Part shown: piece by piece, positions 18,226 to 28,385 of the stretch
Layout of the letters: every line of letters starts with the position of its first letter
How positions within the stretch are numbered: the first letter of the stretch is position 1
IMG/VR virus record: IMGVR_UViG_3300022391_000001
Coordinates: 32,001-96,000 of that record
Length of the DNA: 64,000 bases
Origin: a virus
Strand: one strand, 5' to 3'
Made by a program: the position numbers and the translations under genes
Notes under the pieces: generated by a model
Databases searched by the model: none
Seen by the model: the letters and a program-made list of their open reading frames with translations, nothing else
Told to the model about the DNA's origin: nothing

Positions 18226-18456
18226 TTAGCGCTTGCCATAGGGAACGCCGTTGGACTCTTTGTCGCCTAGACGCTCGATAAGGCCCTTTTGACAAAGCGA
18301 GGAAAACGCGCGGGCTTCGCCGCGCCCGAAGCTCCGGAGGGTCCGACCGTCGAGATCTTTGATCTCCGTCGGAGGCATATCGGAAGCGGCGAAATCCTCG
18401 AAAATGTAGAAGAAATCAGGGAGGGAAGCGAGAAGCTTGGCTTGCGGCTGTGTCAT
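18226..18456 (-). CDS. hypothetical protein (winged-helix-like end LCQKGLIE)
   Basis: GGAG RBS before MTQPQ; first gene below the promoter. Confidence 0.5.
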   Translation of the reverse strand: MTQPQAKLLASLPDFFYIFEDFAASDMPPTEIKDLDGRTLRSFGRGEARAFSSLCQKGLIERLGDKESNGVPYGKR

Positions 18457-18492
18457 CGTCGTCTCCGTGTTGCGCTCGTTGATCATACTTAT

Positions 18493-18521
18493 ATCATAAC
18501 CCCATCCACTGTAAAAGTCGA
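18493..18521 (-). promoter_or_regulatory. conserved phage promoter TCGACT-N17-TATGAT
   Basis: CCACTCGACTTTTACAGTGGATGGGGTTATGATATAAG. Confidence 0.8.
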
Positions 18522-18567
18522 GTGGGCAGAACACAAAATCGACCCAAAGCGGCAACTTTTTTGACGC

Positions 18568-19143
18568 CTAATTGGAAACCGGCACGATTCCAAACCGTTT
18601 GGTCAGCTGAAATTCATTGATCAGCTCGTTGGCAACCTCGTGGGAACCCATTTCCTGGGCAACGATGCTGAGTGCGAGCCCGATAACGTTGGTGCTGTAG
18701 CGGCCAGCCCCGGCGATGGCCTTGCGGATACGCTGCCGTGCCTCCTGAACCACCTCGGGCTCCACCGGCAAGCACTCGCACACCGCGCAACCGCACTTCG
18801 CGCATAGCGGCTTGGGCGCTTGCACCGGCGTTTGCACCGGCGCTTCTGCCGGCGGCGGAGCTTCGGCTGCGACGGTTTCCTTCACCGGTGGTTTCGCGGT
18901 AGCCTTGCGGGACTTCTTCTTGGTTGCACTTCGTGGAGACTTCTTTCTGCCATCGGGCTCCGCCGCCTGTGGACCGGTTGCCACGGGCGGCGTCCTGATG
19001 TCACCGTGCCGATCGCACGCCACATTGCGACAGTAGGCATAAGGGTCCGATGGCTTGACGGGTCCCGCGTCCATTCGCTTGTACAGCGCCTTGCCGCAAC
19101 AATCACACCTCGGTTGCTTCGGTCGCCCTTTGTAGTTGCTCAT
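18568..19143 (-). CDS. hypothetical protein with two Cys clusters
   Basis: CDCCG...CRNVAC and CAKCGCAVCEC; GGAGTCAGCCATG start. Confidence 0.65.
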   Translation of the reverse strand: MSNYKGRPKQPRCDCCGKALYKRMDAGPVKPSDPYAYCRNVACDRHGDIRTPPVATGPQAAEPDGRKKSPRSATKKKSRKATAKPPVKETVAAEAPPPAEAPVQTPVQAPKPLCAKCGCAVCECLPVEPEVVQEARQRIRKAIAGAGRYSTNVIGLALSIVAQEMGSHEVANELINEFQLTKRFGIVPVSN

Positions 19144-19173
19144 GGCTGACTCCAAGTTTGATGTGTCCCTTCT

Positions 19174-19202
19174 ATCATAGAACCAGGCGCTGAAAAAGTC
19201 GA
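19174..19202 (-). promoter_or_regulatory. conserved phage promoter TCGACT-N17-TATGAT
   Basis: CCACTCGACTTTTTCAGCGCCTGGTTCTATGATAG. Confidence 0.75.
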
Positions 19203-19219
19203 GTGGGAATTGCTGCCAA

Positions 19220-19459
19220 TCACTGAATGTGAATTTTTGCTATGCGGTCAAACGGGATCCGATCCATCGGGTCGCCATTGAGTTCAAGCTCCGAGATGAC
19301 GTCAACGTCAAATCCGTTGAACTGCATAGTCCGGAGCTGGAAGCCCGACAAGCGCCCTTCTCGGCGGATGCCGTCGGAAGTCTCCAGCTGCACAAATGAA
19401 TTCACCGCGCCCAATAGGTGTTCAATCCACCACGCCATCGATGTCTTCTTGCTCGCCAT
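19220..19459 (-). CDS. small Sm/SH3-like beta protein
   Basis: VQLETSDGIRREGRLSGF...IPFDRIAKIHI. Confidence 0.5.
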   Translation of the reverse strand: MASKKTSMAWWIEHLLGAVNSFVQLETSDGIRREGRLSGFQLRTMQFNGFDVDVISELELNGDPMDRIPFDRIAKIHIQ

Positions 19460-19658
19460 CTGTCTCCACTCCGGCGCACGCAGCGCTGCAAAATCGTTTG
19501 CTTTTTGGAACATCTGCGCTGCATTTCTCGCAGTGTCCGATCCTGTAGAATCCAATCGCTTCAGCCTTCACCAGATTGGTAAAGGCCAAACGCTCTTGGC
19601 GTGTCATGTAGTCCAAATCGGGGCTGTTTCGCCACCCGTAAGTCTGCTTCAGGCTCAT
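19422..19658 (-). CDS. small zinc-finger protein
   Basis: CEKC...KRFCSAAC. Confidence 0.55.
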   Translation of the reverse strand: MSLKQTYGWRNSPDLDYMTRQERLAFTNLVKAEAIGFYRIGHCEKCSADVPKSKRFCSAACAGVETDGEQEDIDGVVD

Positions 19659-19993
19659 GATTTCCTGTTCACCACCCGGCGTTGACCGGTGGCTTTGGAC
19701 CAGAAGCGCTCCGCCACCTCGGGCCCAACCACCTCCTCAAGCCGCCGCTTGTGCACCAGTTGGACTCCCTTGACAGGGTCCTGTTCCAAAGGATAGGAGC
19801 CCATCCAATCGACCAAACACCCTCCGGCCAATATGGTGAAATCCTTGTAGTTGCCTTTTATCCCTTTGGACACCATCAAGTCCCGGATTATCCGCGCGTT
19901 GGCGGTTGGAAGTGATGCCCGCTTCGCTTGGTTGCGGGCTCGGACTTTGGCCTTCAGCTCCCGCGCCTTCACCTTGATCCGTTCACAGCCCAT
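19655..19993 (-). CDS. hypothetical protein
   Basis: basic ORF coupled to its neighbours. Confidence 0.5.
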   Translation of the reverse strand: MGCERIKVKARELKAKVRARNQAKRASLPTANARIIRDLMVSKGIKGNYKDFTILAGGCLVDWMGSYPLEQDPVKGVQLVHKRRLEEVVGPEVAERFWSKATGQRRVVNRKS

Positions 19994-20585
19994 ATGCCAA
20001 CATCCTTGCCTTCGCAATATCCTTGATCACACACTTGCGTGCCAGCGGATCACATGTACGCAACAAGAACGATGGGTGGAAAGTGCAGATGGCTGGCCAA
20101 ACGCCGATGTCCCCGGTCATCGTGATCATTTCCACATCCACCTTGCGCCCGGACCACTGGGTGATGTTGGTGACTCCGGCCAAACGCCGTGAAGCCACCT
20201 TGCCTAGCAACAGCATCGCCTTGGGCTTCAGCATGTTCACATAGGCCAAGAACCTTGGATGACACGCCTTGATTTCCAGCGGCGAAGGGTCCCGATTCAT
20301 CGGTGGTCGACACGCCACGAGATTGACGATGAATGCTTGGTGCTCTTCAACTCCTGCGCTCTTGAAGCAGCGGTCCAACTCCTGGCCCGCAGGCCCTACA
20401 AACGGCTGCCCTAGCTCATCCTCGTGCGCTCCCGGAGCTTCGCCGACAACCAGGAGCTTCGCCGACGGATTGCCCCGGCAGTGGACCACGTTTATCCGCC
20501 CCTCGTGGAGCTTGCACAGTTGGCAATTCTGCCAGTTGCGATTGATCCGACCCACGTCCTTTATGGTTCCCCGCGCCTTGCTCAC
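19983..20585 (-). CDS. udg: uracil-DNA glycosylase, family 4 (Fe-S)
   Basis: CQLCKL, VGEAPG.HED..G.PFVGPAG, CRPP.NRDP, TFHPS. Confidence 0.92.
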   Translation of the reverse strand: MSKARGTIKDVGRINRNWQNCQLCKLHEGRINVVHCRGNPSAKLLVVGEAPGAHEDELGQPFVGPAGQELDRCFKSAGVEEHQAFIVNLVACRPPMNRDPSPLEIKACHPRFLAYVNMLKPKAMLLLGKVASRRLAGVTNITQWSGRKVDVEMITMTGDIGVWPAICTFHPSFLLRTCDPLARKCVIKDIAKARMLAYGL

Positions 20586-21496
20586 AGTCCCATCTCCCCC
20601 ATCTTCATCAATCCGTGAAGCTCCGCTGGCGCCATCAACGAGCGGAAGCGATAGACACGGAGGTGTTTCAGCAGCGTCGCCTGATCGGGCTTTGGGTCGA
20701 TCAGACGCATCTGGGCTCGTGTCTCGATGGTGGTCAACCGCTTGAACAACCGGATCATCTCCGCCCCTTCGCTGATAGGAGCCCGGAACCTCTCAGGGAT
20801 AGGCATAGGACTGCCGCTTTGTGCCGCTCTGATGATTTTCTCGATGCCCCCAAGCCCTTGTATGGCCTGTGCTGCCGTCTTTGGTCCTATGCCTCGGATG
20901 CCCGGGATGCCGTCGGAGTTGTCGCCAGCCAATGCCTTGAGGTCTGCAATCTTGTCCGGCGGCACGCCGTGCTTTTCCTCCACCTCCAGCGCGTTGTAGG
21001 TCTTGTCGGAGTTGCTACGATAGCCCGGCGAGACCACTGTGACGTTGTCGTTGACCAGCTGGCGCAAATCGGAGTCGCCGCTGTAGATGACCACCGGCAT
21101 CCCCTTCAGCGTCGCGTTGCGGGCCACCGTCCCGATGACATCATCGGCCTCATAGCCCACCCCGCAGTATTGACGGACGCCGATAGCGCGGAGCATCGCC
21201 TTGAGTCGCAGCTCCTGTGCCCTCATTTCATCAGCCAGCGCCTTCATCTCGGCGTCGGGCTCCGCCCTCTGCTTGTACGCGGGCCAGAGCTTGCGCCGGA
21301 AGTTGCCTTGACCTTCCCACGCCACCATACACATCCCACCATAGCGGTTGTGTATCTTCATGGCGCAGGACAAGAAGCCATACATGGCCCCTGTGCCCAT
21401 ATCCCGCCCATTGACTTCGGCGCTCAAGTCCTTGAAGGCATCTGCCGTCCGCCACAGCAGGTGGCGCCCGTCAAAGATCAGCACCGCCGCATTCAT
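20582..21496 (-). CDS. 5'-3' exonuclease / flap endonuclease (PolI N-terminal-like)
   Basis: LIFDG, FRRKLWPAYK, GYEADDVIG, SGDSDLRQL, ALAGDNSDGIPGIRGIGPKTA. Confidence 0.93.
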   Translation of the reverse strand: MNAAVLIFDGRHLLWRTADAFKDLSAEVNGRDMGTGAMYGFLSCAMKIHNRYGGMCMVAWEGQGNFRRKLWPAYKQRAEPDAEMKALADEMRAQELRLKAMLRAIGVRQYCGVGYEADDVIGTVARNATLKGMPVVIYSGDSDLRQLVNDNVTVVSPGYRSNSDKTYNALEVEEKHGVPPDKIADLKALAGDNSDGIPGIRGIGPKTAAQAIQGLGGIEKIIRAAQSGSPMPIPERFRAPISEGAEMIRLFKRLTTIETRAQMRLIDPKPDQATLLKHLRVYRFRSLMAPAELHGLMKMGEMGL

Positions 21497-21705
21497 CCGA
21501 CCTCTCCAATCGGCTCGCCCGTCTCCAAGCACCTGGCCGCTACCCGAGCCTGGCACGTCGACAACCGGAGGGCTCGCAACAGGTCTTTGTCCTCGCAGCC
21601 CTGCTCTATCATCGACCGATACACCTCAAAGATCACATCGGCGGCGATCCGGAGCCGTGCCGCCCTGATCAACGTATCCCGAGATGGTTGATCATCCTCT
21701 GTCAT
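21493..21705 (-). CDS. hypothetical protein
   Basis: 70-aa coupled ORF. Confidence 0.5.
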   Translation of the reverse strand: MTEDDQPSRDTLIRAARLRIAADVIFEVYRSMIEQGCEDKDLLRALRLSTCQARVAARCLETGEPIGEVG

Positions 21706-21923
21706 TTACCCTCCCCATCATCCGCAATGGTCTGCGGGAAGCAGGCGTTGGGCGGCGCCCAAGTCAGAAAACCATCTTCATCCACCTTGCTGTAGCAGAA
21801 GCACTCCTGAACATCCTCCGACCATTCGCACTCCATATTCTCCATCACTTCTTCAGACTCCGGAGCATCATCCATCGCTCCACATCCCACGAGAACCAAC
21901 AATGCCAATGCTGTGTACTTCAT
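21702..21923 (-). CDS. small lipoprotein
   Basis: MKYTALALLVLVGC lipobox; GGAGG RBS; Cys-rich mature part. Confidence 0.65.
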   Translation of the reverse strand: MKYTALALLVLVGCGAMDDAPESEEVMENMECEWSEDVQECFCYSKVDEDGFLTWAPPNACFPQTIADDGEGK

Positions 21924-21932
21924 ATCAACCTC

Positions 21933-22211
21933 CTACAGTCCTTGCTTTTCAACCCACCAGAGCGTGACAGTGACTTCCTTGTCCGTCGCTTCCAACGTCT
22001 GGCTCTTGGGCACCCAAACCTTATCGCCCTCGATGATCAGGAGCGTCGCCTTGTCGGTCATGTGCTCGATGCTCTCGTATGCCAACGTGACTGTTTCCGG
22101 ATCAGCCTTGTCTTCATCCCAACCAACCATGTCCTCTGGATACCACTTCCGTGGCGGCGGCTTGTGCCCCTTCTTTGCGCCGCGCATCTTGGACATATCG
22201 GGCTTTGCCAT
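21933..22211 (-). CDS. hypothetical protein
   Basis: TDKATLL...VWVPKSQ...WWVEKQGL, a small beta domain common in phages. Confidence 0.6.
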   Translation of the reverse strand: MAKPDMSKMRGAKKGHKPPPRKWYPEDMVGWDEDKADPETVTLAYESIEHMTDKATLLIIEGDKVWVPKSQTLEATDKEVTVTLWWVEKQGL

Positions 22212-22212
22212 C

Positions 22213-22542
22213 TCACACGCTCCTGTGGATGCTGTTCTCCGTGGTGAATCCCGCCGGATATCGGCGGCGGAGCTTGTCGATATTCTCTGCGACGATATCA
22301 GCAAAGTGCAAGTTGCTTTGGCTGGCCAACTCTGCTGTGTACCACATGATGTCGCCAAGCTCCTTGGATACATAGTCTGGATCAAATGGATGACCGTGGT
22401 ACAAGTGCTTTTTGAGGTGGTCCAGAAGCTCACCCACCTCACCGGCCAACCCCATCGAGGTGTTGGCCAGTAGCTCCCGCTTGTTCAGCTCCGGATTGCG
22501 GGTCCTGGATGCCAGCTCTTGATACTCGTTGAACTCCATCAT
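22213..22542 (-). CDS. mazG: MazG-like NTP pyrophosphohydrolase
   Basis: FNEYQ...MGLAGEVGEL...KELGDIMWY...NIDKLRRRYP. Confidence 0.9.
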   Translation of the reverse strand: MMEFNEYQELASRTRNPELNKRELLANTSMGLAGEVGELLDHLKKHLYHGHPFDPDYVSKELGDIMWYTAELASQSNLHFADIVAENIDKLRRRYPAGFTTENSIHRSV

Positions 22543-23318
22543 TTCTTGCCTTTCGCCAAACAACATTTCCTTGAACCGCACACGTCGCAGACGGGCTCGT
22601 CATGCGGCGTCGGCACCCCGTCCGGATTCTCAATCCACTCCCGGCTGAGCAGATTGATTGGATAGGTCTTGGTTGTGCGGTTGAACACCTGTATCTCTTT
22701 GGGGTGCAAGTCATCCATCCGGAGCTTCCCTGCCCGGAGCTGCACCTCAGTCCAGACCAATTGCGCGACCACATAAGCGTCTGCGAGGTCTTCACTGGTT
22801 TGGGTGTTGACCTTGCCGGACTTGGCCGGCGGCGGATTGAGCGGCGAGAAGTCCGCGCCCCATCGCTCCTGCACCGCTCGCTCGATGGCATCCTTGTGGC
22901 AGGTCCCGTCGTGAGCGCCGAACATCTTGACCGTGGTCGGATCAGGAAGTCTGATCTTGAATCCCCGGAACCAACACAAGATCCGAGCGATGCCGCCCGC
23001 TTCGCCCATCTGATGCGCCCCTTGCTCCGCCCGCAGAGCATAGTCCTCAATCCCCACATAGGCGGCATCGGTGCGCATCAACACCCTCTTGTCCAAGTAG
23101 TGCTCGATCCAAGCCAGTCGGATCATTCCCCGCACGTGCTTGTCCTTGCTCCGATCCATCTGCTGGATGGGCAACCGCTCCCCTCGTTTGGACCTTGCCG
23201 CCGCTCCGGCGATGTCGGTCCAATACCAGAAGTTGCTCAGCTCGCCATCGGTGAGCTCAACCGCCGCTCCGTGATTCAGTGCGATGTCCATCCCGAGCAC
23301 TTTGGTTTGATCTCTCAT
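22539..23318 (-). CDS. ruvC: RuvC-like Holliday junction resolvase
   Basis: VLGMDIA...VGIEDYA...MGEAGG...PTTVK...EDLADAY acidic catalytic set. Confidence 0.82.
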   Translation of the reverse strand: MRDQTKVLGMDIALNHGAAVELTDGELSNFWYWTDIAGAAARSKRGERLPIQQMDRSKDKHVRGMIRLAWIEHYLDKRVLMRTDAAYVGIEDYALRAEQGAHQMGEAGGIARILCWFRGFKIRLPDPTTVKMFGAHDGTCHKDAIERAVQERWGADFSPLNPPPAKSGKVNTQTSEDLADAYVVAQLVWTEVQLRAGKLRMDDLHPKEIQVFNRTTKTYPINLLSREWIENPDGVPTPHDEPVCDVCGSRKCCLAKGKK

Positions 23319-24010
23319 CGGTCCCACGCCGCGCTGTCCCATTTGTCTTCATCGTCATCGTCACCGGCGCTGGCTTTGGCCTCCATGATCTCCTTGGTCG
23401 CCTTTTTTCGCCACGACACATCGGGCTTGTATCGTTCCAGATAATTCAGAATGTGCCCAAGACGGATGTCAGCGTTGTCCCGCTCGGTGCGAGCGGCGTC
23501 CAGCTCCGATTCCAATTCTGTCACCCTGATGGCCGCGCCAGCGCTATCCTGGATGGCCTGTCTCAAGCTCTGCTCCACCACCGGCAACACCGCCATATGG
23601 ACTGCTGCGTCTGTTGCCGACGGCGGCAACACCTCCGGCGGCGGCGGAGCTTCCGGTGTCTTGGGCGGCGTGGAGGGCTCGTGAACTGCCCTGCCCATCA
23701 GAGTCCCGGTGACTGCTGTGTCGCTCATTTGCAGTTCCAAACCGCCCTGCTCCAAAGCCAATCCCAACGCAGCCCAACAACGGCGCCACACTTCCAACCC
23801 CTTGTTCCAATTGAACGTGTGAATCCGCCCGTTGGTGGAGCGGCCAACCCCTCCGGCTCCGCCGGAGCCGTCGGAGTACACCGACTGAATCGCGTCAGTC
23901 AGCCCCTGCCACTCCCGTGGTTCCAGCGCTGGGCCCAACTGCTCGATGCTTATCCGCATATGGTCCGAGCCCTGTTCAGGGCTGGCAACCAATTGTCTAA
24001 CTGTCATCAT
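23315..24010 (-). CDS. hypothetical coiled-coil protein
   Basis: 231-aa coupled ORF. Confidence 0.55.
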   Translation of the reverse strand: MMTVRQLVASPEQGSDHMRISIEQLGPALEPREWQGLTDAIQSVYSDGSGGAGGVGRSTNGRIHTFNWNKGLEVWRRCWAALGLALEQGGLELQMSDTAVTGTLMGRAVHEPSTPPKTPEAPPPPEVLPPSATDAAVHMAVLPVVEQSLRQAIQDSAGAAIRVTELESELDAARTERDNADIRLGHILNYLERYKPDVSWRKKATKEIMEAKASAGDDDDEDKWDSAAWDR

Positions 24011-24188
24011 AATCCACCTTCGCTCCGCAATCAGAACAATAATATTCCACCCGTTGCGATGTCTCTTGAAGCTCCAAAGCCAATCGTTCCCCATCGGTCT
24101 CAATCTGGCTGCGCGTCCCGATGATGATCCGTTTCTCGGGCGGTTCAATCGTCCCACAGTGTTCACAATATGCCCATGGCTGACTCAC
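23997..24188 (-). CDS. small zinc-ribbon protein
   Basis: YCEHCG...YCSDCG; GTG start overlapping the sbcC stop. Confidence 0.55.
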   Translation of the reverse strand: MSQPWAYCEHCGTIEPPEKRIIIGTRSQIETDGERLALELQETSQRVEYYCSDCGAKVDYDDS

Positions 24189-26143
24189 ATCCGCACCTCC
24201 AGTCTGCTGACGCCACCCTCCTTGGTTACCCACGCGGTGTGCTCGAACACCTCCCCAACCTCAGCTTCGTGGCTGATCACAAATATGGTGCCACGCTCCG
24301 CGCGCAAGGACTGAAGCAGCGTCAATACTCGTTGGCATCCCTCTGCGTCCAATCCGTCCAGCACTTCATCGAGCATCAACAAATCTACATGGCCCCCTTC
24401 TCGGGTCGCCACGAGGTCCATCAGGGCCAAGTCGGTTGCAACCTCCATCTTTTTGAGCTGCCCACCGCTTGGCGGATAGTTATCCTCCAACCCCTCAACG
24501 TCCCACTGGATGTCGATCTCATCCCGATACTCGCCCTTGGCTGACTTGAGCTCCCGCTGGGTGGCGAAGCGCATTGTGATGTCGCCGTCGGCCAGCGTCT
24601 CCAAATAGTGGTTGGCCCGATCTGTTATGTAAGGCATCACTTCATCGAGGATGAACGATGACAACCCTTGGCCCGAGAAGCCCCGCACCCAAAACTCATG
24701 GTGGGCGAGGTCTTGAGACACCAGGACACTTTGCGAGCGGAGCTTCATCAGCTCCGCCTGGTATTCTTCAATCTTGGCCTTGGCGGTGGCCAGTGCCCCG
24801 TCAAAGGGATTCTCACACGCCATGATCCGCTTGATCTGCTCAACGTGCTCCTTGGCCATCGCAACGGCGTGCTTCGCTTCGCCGACGCGCCGTTGCTGCT
24901 CTTGCTCCAGGCGTTCCCGGCGCAAGCGAGCGGCGGAAATTCTCTGGTTGATCGCGTTCAGTCGGCGAAGGCATTCAGATGCTTCGGCGGCGGCGGAGCG
25001 ATAGCGCTTGCGCATCTTCTGGATGGATGCCATAGCGTTGTGGTGGTTTTCTATCTGTTCTGTGCACTTCGCCGCCTTCACAGATGCCTCTTGGAGTGCT
25101 TCGGATAGCTCCCGGCGGTGCTCTTGGACGTGCTCCGAGGTCAACGGCGTACTACAGACCGGACACACCTCGCCATCGAGCGCTTCCAATGCTTCAGTCT
25201 TGGCCGCCACCGTCGCTCGATGCTGGGACTCCATCCTATGCGCCTTGTCCCGCCGACGCTCCAGCTCGTCCAGATCGAGGTCCAGCTTGTCTATCTGCTC
25301 TTCAGCTCCGTCGGATTCTGTGATCTTGGCTCTGAGCTCTTCAGCCTTGGCCTCCAGTGCGTCCGTGTCGGTTTCCTCTGTGTCCTCCGGCTGCCCCGCT
25401 AACAGCTCCTGCGCCTTTTGCTTCAGCCCCTGGACCTTGACCTTCAGCGAGTCAACCTGCCTTTCTCGGTCATTCTCCCACTCTTCTCGCTGTGACTCCA
25501 ATTCATTGAGATCGTGCTCATCTATCCGCCACTGGTAGCCCTCCGCTGCCCTCTCAATCTCATCCAGACTCCGCTTCAGCTCTGTGCGCTTCTCGCGCAC
25601 ACGCTCGTGACACTGCTTGAGGATGTCCGTGCGCAAGATCTTGTGCAACATTTCCTTGCGGTCGACATCCTTGGTCCGAGGGTCGGCGAAGCGTGCCGAA
25701 TCGTTCTGGCCATACATCACCGTGTTCTTGAAGGCCAAGAAGTCCAGCCCCACCATCTCATTGATCTTGTGCTGCAGCGCGTCCCTGGAGCCCGAGAAGG
25801 GCTTGCCGTCGGGCTGAATCAGTTGGAGCTTGGGCGCACCCTTGGTCCGAGCCCGCTCCACCGTCCAGTATTGCTCCGGCTGCTCGAACATCCGCACACG
25901 CACCGTTGCTCGGGTCGCCCCCCGACGGATCACCCGGTCGCCCGCTTCCCCGTCGATGGATTGGCCCCACAGCCCCCATCCCAGAGCTTTGAGCAAGGTG
26001 GACTTGCCCGAGCCGTTGCTCTGGGATGACTCGGTGTCCAGATTGGTCCCGCCCAAGAATATCAACCCTTGGCGGTGCAGAGGCAGCGTGGCGGCGGCGA
26101 AGCTCCCGAAGTCAGTCAGCTGAACATCATACAGGTCCATCAT
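24185..26143 (-). CDS. sbcC: SbcC/Rad50-like SMC ATPase
   Basis: NGSGKS Walker A, YGQ Q-loop, CPVC zinc hook, SGGQ signature, LMLDE..GLD, ISH. Confidence 0.92.
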   Translation of the reverse strand: MMDLYDVQLTDFGSFAAATLPLHRQGLIFLGGTNLDTESSQSNGSGKSTLLKALGWGLWGQSIDGEAGDRVIRRGATRATVRVRMFEQPEQYWTVERARTKGAPKLQLIQPDGKPFSGSRDALQHKINEMVGLDFLAFKNTVMYGQNDSARFADPRTKDVDRKEMLHKILRTDILKQCHERVREKRTELKRSLDEIERAAEGYQWRIDEHDLNELESQREEWENDRERQVDSLKVKVQGLKQKAQELLAGQPEDTEETDTDALEAKAEELRAKITESDGAEEQIDKLDLDLDELERRRDKAHRMESQHRATVAAKTEALEALDGEVCPVCSTPLTSEHVQEHRRELSEALQEASVKAAKCTEQIENHHNAMASIQKMRKRYRSAAAEASECLRRLNAINQRISAARLRRERLEQEQQRRVGEAKHAVAMAKEHVEQIKRIMACENPFDGALATAKAKIEEYQAELMKLRSQSVLVSQDLAHHEFWVRGFSGQGLSSFILDEVMPYITDRANHYLETLADGDITMRFATQRELKSAKGEYRDEIDIQWDVEGLEDNYPPSGGQLKKMEVATDLALMDLVATREGGHVDLLMLDEVLDGLDAEGCQRVLTLLQSLRAERGTIFVISHEAEVGEVFEHTAWVTKEGGVSRLEVRM

Positions 26144-27312
26144 CCACCCCTTGCAGCGGCCAGAGTCTCACGCCCGATGCGCTTCAGCTCCCCAACATCG
26201 AGGTCCCCAGTCACCACCCCGGCAGCGTCCACGTATCGTGCGATGGCGGCGTCCAGCGTCGGCGCCGTCGCCATCTGCTTGCTGTCCGTGTCCCCTTCCA
26301 ATCGGACCTTGTGGTGATAGATCGGCTTGTGCTTCGCCGATGCCTTGATCCCTGTCGATTGAAGAGCGTCGCAAATCGCCTTGACCTTGGGCTTCAACGT
26401 CGCCCAATCAGCGTTGGTACACGCAACCTCAAGACGCAGATAATCACCAGCTTCAATCTTGTTGGACTTGACGTATCCAGCTACAGTGGCAGGCTCAAAC
26501 TTGTTGCCCATCCCCGTCGCCTTGTAGAAGCGGGGCATCTTGGGCTCGATGTACTGGCCCTCTGCTCCGCCCTGGTTGAACTCGATCAACCAATAGCCCG
26601 CTTCGCGGCCCACATCCCCGTAGTGGTGATGCATTGGCGCGCCGAGATACAGCCCTTGGGCGTCGGCGCCGAAGCGCTGGCGGTCGTGAAAGTGCCCGGA
26701 GTACACCTGATCGAAGCCCTCCGTCACCTCATCAGCTTCCAACCCGTCGTCACAGGTCCACTGGAGATGGGTGCACCCGAGGATGGAGTTGTGCATGAGC
26801 AGCACGTTATGCTGATCGGGGTCCAGTCGGGCTCGGATCTCCGCCAACCGCTCCCGAGTGTCCTCCACCGGCATGTACTCCACAGGCCAGAAGCGAAGCC
26901 ACGTGTCAAACTCGAATGGTTCCCCGGTCTTGAACACCCGGATGTTGTCCCGGCGCATCCGGCCAAATGCCTCCACCGTGAAGCGTCCACCTCGGACGCT
27001 GTTGGCGTCGTGGTTCCCCGGCAGGATGTACACTGGCTGATCCAACGCGGTGACCGCTTCCACCGTGTGGGTCAGCGTCACGGCGTCGATCAGAGCCTTG
27101 TCGAATAAGTCCCCAAGGACAAACACCGCGTCCACATTGGAGGCGTCGGCGCAACGCTTCATCTCGTCCCAAAGGCGCAGCTGGTCCTCCAGCCTGTCGG
27201 TCATCCCGTTCTGAGTGGGCTTGGCGTAGGGCAGCCGGTTGGACATATGGATGTCTGCGACCATCAACGCCCTGAACACGGATGGGCTCAAGGAGCTGTC
27301 CCGCTTTGCCAT
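26140..27312 (-). CDS. sbcD: SbcD/Mre11-like metallophosphoesterase nuclease
   Basis: ADIH, LGDLFD, PGNHD, MH, SGHFH. Confidence 0.92.
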   Translation of the reverse strand: MAKRDSSLSPSVFRALMVADIHMSNRLPYAKPTQNGMTDRLEDQLRLWDEMKRCADASNVDAVFVLGDLFDKALIDAVTLTHTVEAVTALDQPVYILPGNHDANSVRGGRFTVEAFGRMRRDNIRVFKTGEPFEFDTWLRFWPVEYMPVEDTRERLAEIRARLDPDQHNVLLMHNSILGCTHLQWTCDDGLEADEVTEGFDQVYSGHFHDRQRFGADAQGLYLGAPMHHHYGDVGREAGYWLIEFNQGGAEGQYIEPKMPRFYKATGMGNKFEPATVAGYVKSNKIEAGDYLRLEVACTNADWATLKPKVKAICDALQSTGIKASAKHKPIYHHKVRLEGDTDSKQMATAPTLDAAIARYVDAAGVVTGDLDVGELKRIGRETLAAARGG

Positions 27313-28385
27313 CGCTTGTACAGCTCCTTGTGTATGGCATCCCGCTTCTCGGTGTCCTTTTTCAGCGCCTTGGCGGCGGCAGGGAGCCCCTGGCCGCCCA
27401 ATTTCTCGCCCTTGTATTCATAGGCGTTGCCCGCCTTTTTGATGATCCCGTCGGCCACGCCCTGGGCGACCAGAGCTTGCTCCTGGTTGATCCCGTGACC
27501 ATAGTCAATCAGCACTTCCGCCTTGCGAAACGGCGGCGCAATCTGATTCTTCTTGCATTCAACCACAAGTTTATTGGCCACCTTCTCGCCGTCGGAGTCC
27601 TTGTTGGTCGCCACACGCCGGACATCCAGGAGTAGGCTCGCATAGAATTTGGGCGCGTTGCCGCCGGCAGTCTCGGTGTCATTGCCAAACATCACCATCT
27701 TCTTTCGCACCTGGCTGATCCACAGAAGGGCCACATCTTCTTTGGACACCTTGGGCATGAGCTTCGGTAACAGCTCCGAGTAGACTCGTGCCTGCGGCGC
27801 CATGTGCTTGTCCTCCCACTCGCCCTCATACTGCGCCTTGGTGATGGCCGCGTTCATCGAGTCCAACACGATGAGGATTGGGATGCGTTCCCCGCCCTTG
27901 CGCAGCTCCGCCGCTCGCTCGATGACCCCTTCACACGTCGCAAACACCGACTCCAAGTGCGGCGGCTGGGCTAGCACCAATTGATCAATGTTCACCCCGA
28001 TGGCCCGAGCGTAGTCAGGGTCCAGCTTGTACTCTTTGTCGATGTAGACTGCCACCCCTCCGAGCCGCTGCGTCTCAGCGACGATGTGCAGCGCAAGCGT
28101 GGTCTTGCCGGAGCCCTCCATGCCGTGGAGCAGCGTGAGACGGGAGCGTGGGATGCCGCCGCGTCCAATGGCCGCGTCGATGGTCGCGCACTGTGTGGAG
28201 ATGACGCCCCGGATCTTGATGGCTAGCCCATCGCTCCCGAGCAACATGGCGCTATCGTCGCCCAGCTTGGAGCGTATGCTATCCAGCACCCCGGTGGCGA
28301 AGTCTAGCTTGATGGCCGCTTCGCCGCCGGGTGCTTCTGGAGTCGCCACCGCCACCTGCTTCTTGGTGGCAGTCTTCTTTGGCAT
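27288..28385 (-). CDS. recA: RecA recombinase
   Basis: IGRGGIP, GMEGSGKTTL, IVLDS, GGNAPKFYAS, KNQIAPPFRKAE. Confidence 0.95.
   Translation of the reverse strand: MPKKTATKKQVAVATPEAPGGEAAIKLDFATGVLDSIRSKLGDDSAMLLGSDGLAIKIRGVISTQCATIDAAIGRGGIPRSRLTLLHGMEGSGKTTLALHIVAETQRLGGVAVYIDKEYKLDPDYARAIGVNIDQLVLAQPPHLESVFATCEGVIERAAELRKGGERIPILIVLDSMNAAITKAQYEGEWEDKHMAPQARVYSELLPKLMPKVSKEDVALLWISQVRKKMVMFGNDTETAGGNAPKFYASLLLDVRRVATNKDSDGEKVANKLVVECKKNQIAPPFRKAEVLIDYGHGINQEQALVAQGVADGIIKKAGNAYEYKGEKLGGQGLPAAAKALKKDTEKRDAIHKELYKRWQSGTAP

Noticed and set aside
19983-20585. Uracil-substituted genome as the explanation for the nucleotide operon
   Set aside because: The phage encodes an apparently intact UDG and a dUTPase-like domain, which argue against dU-DNA.
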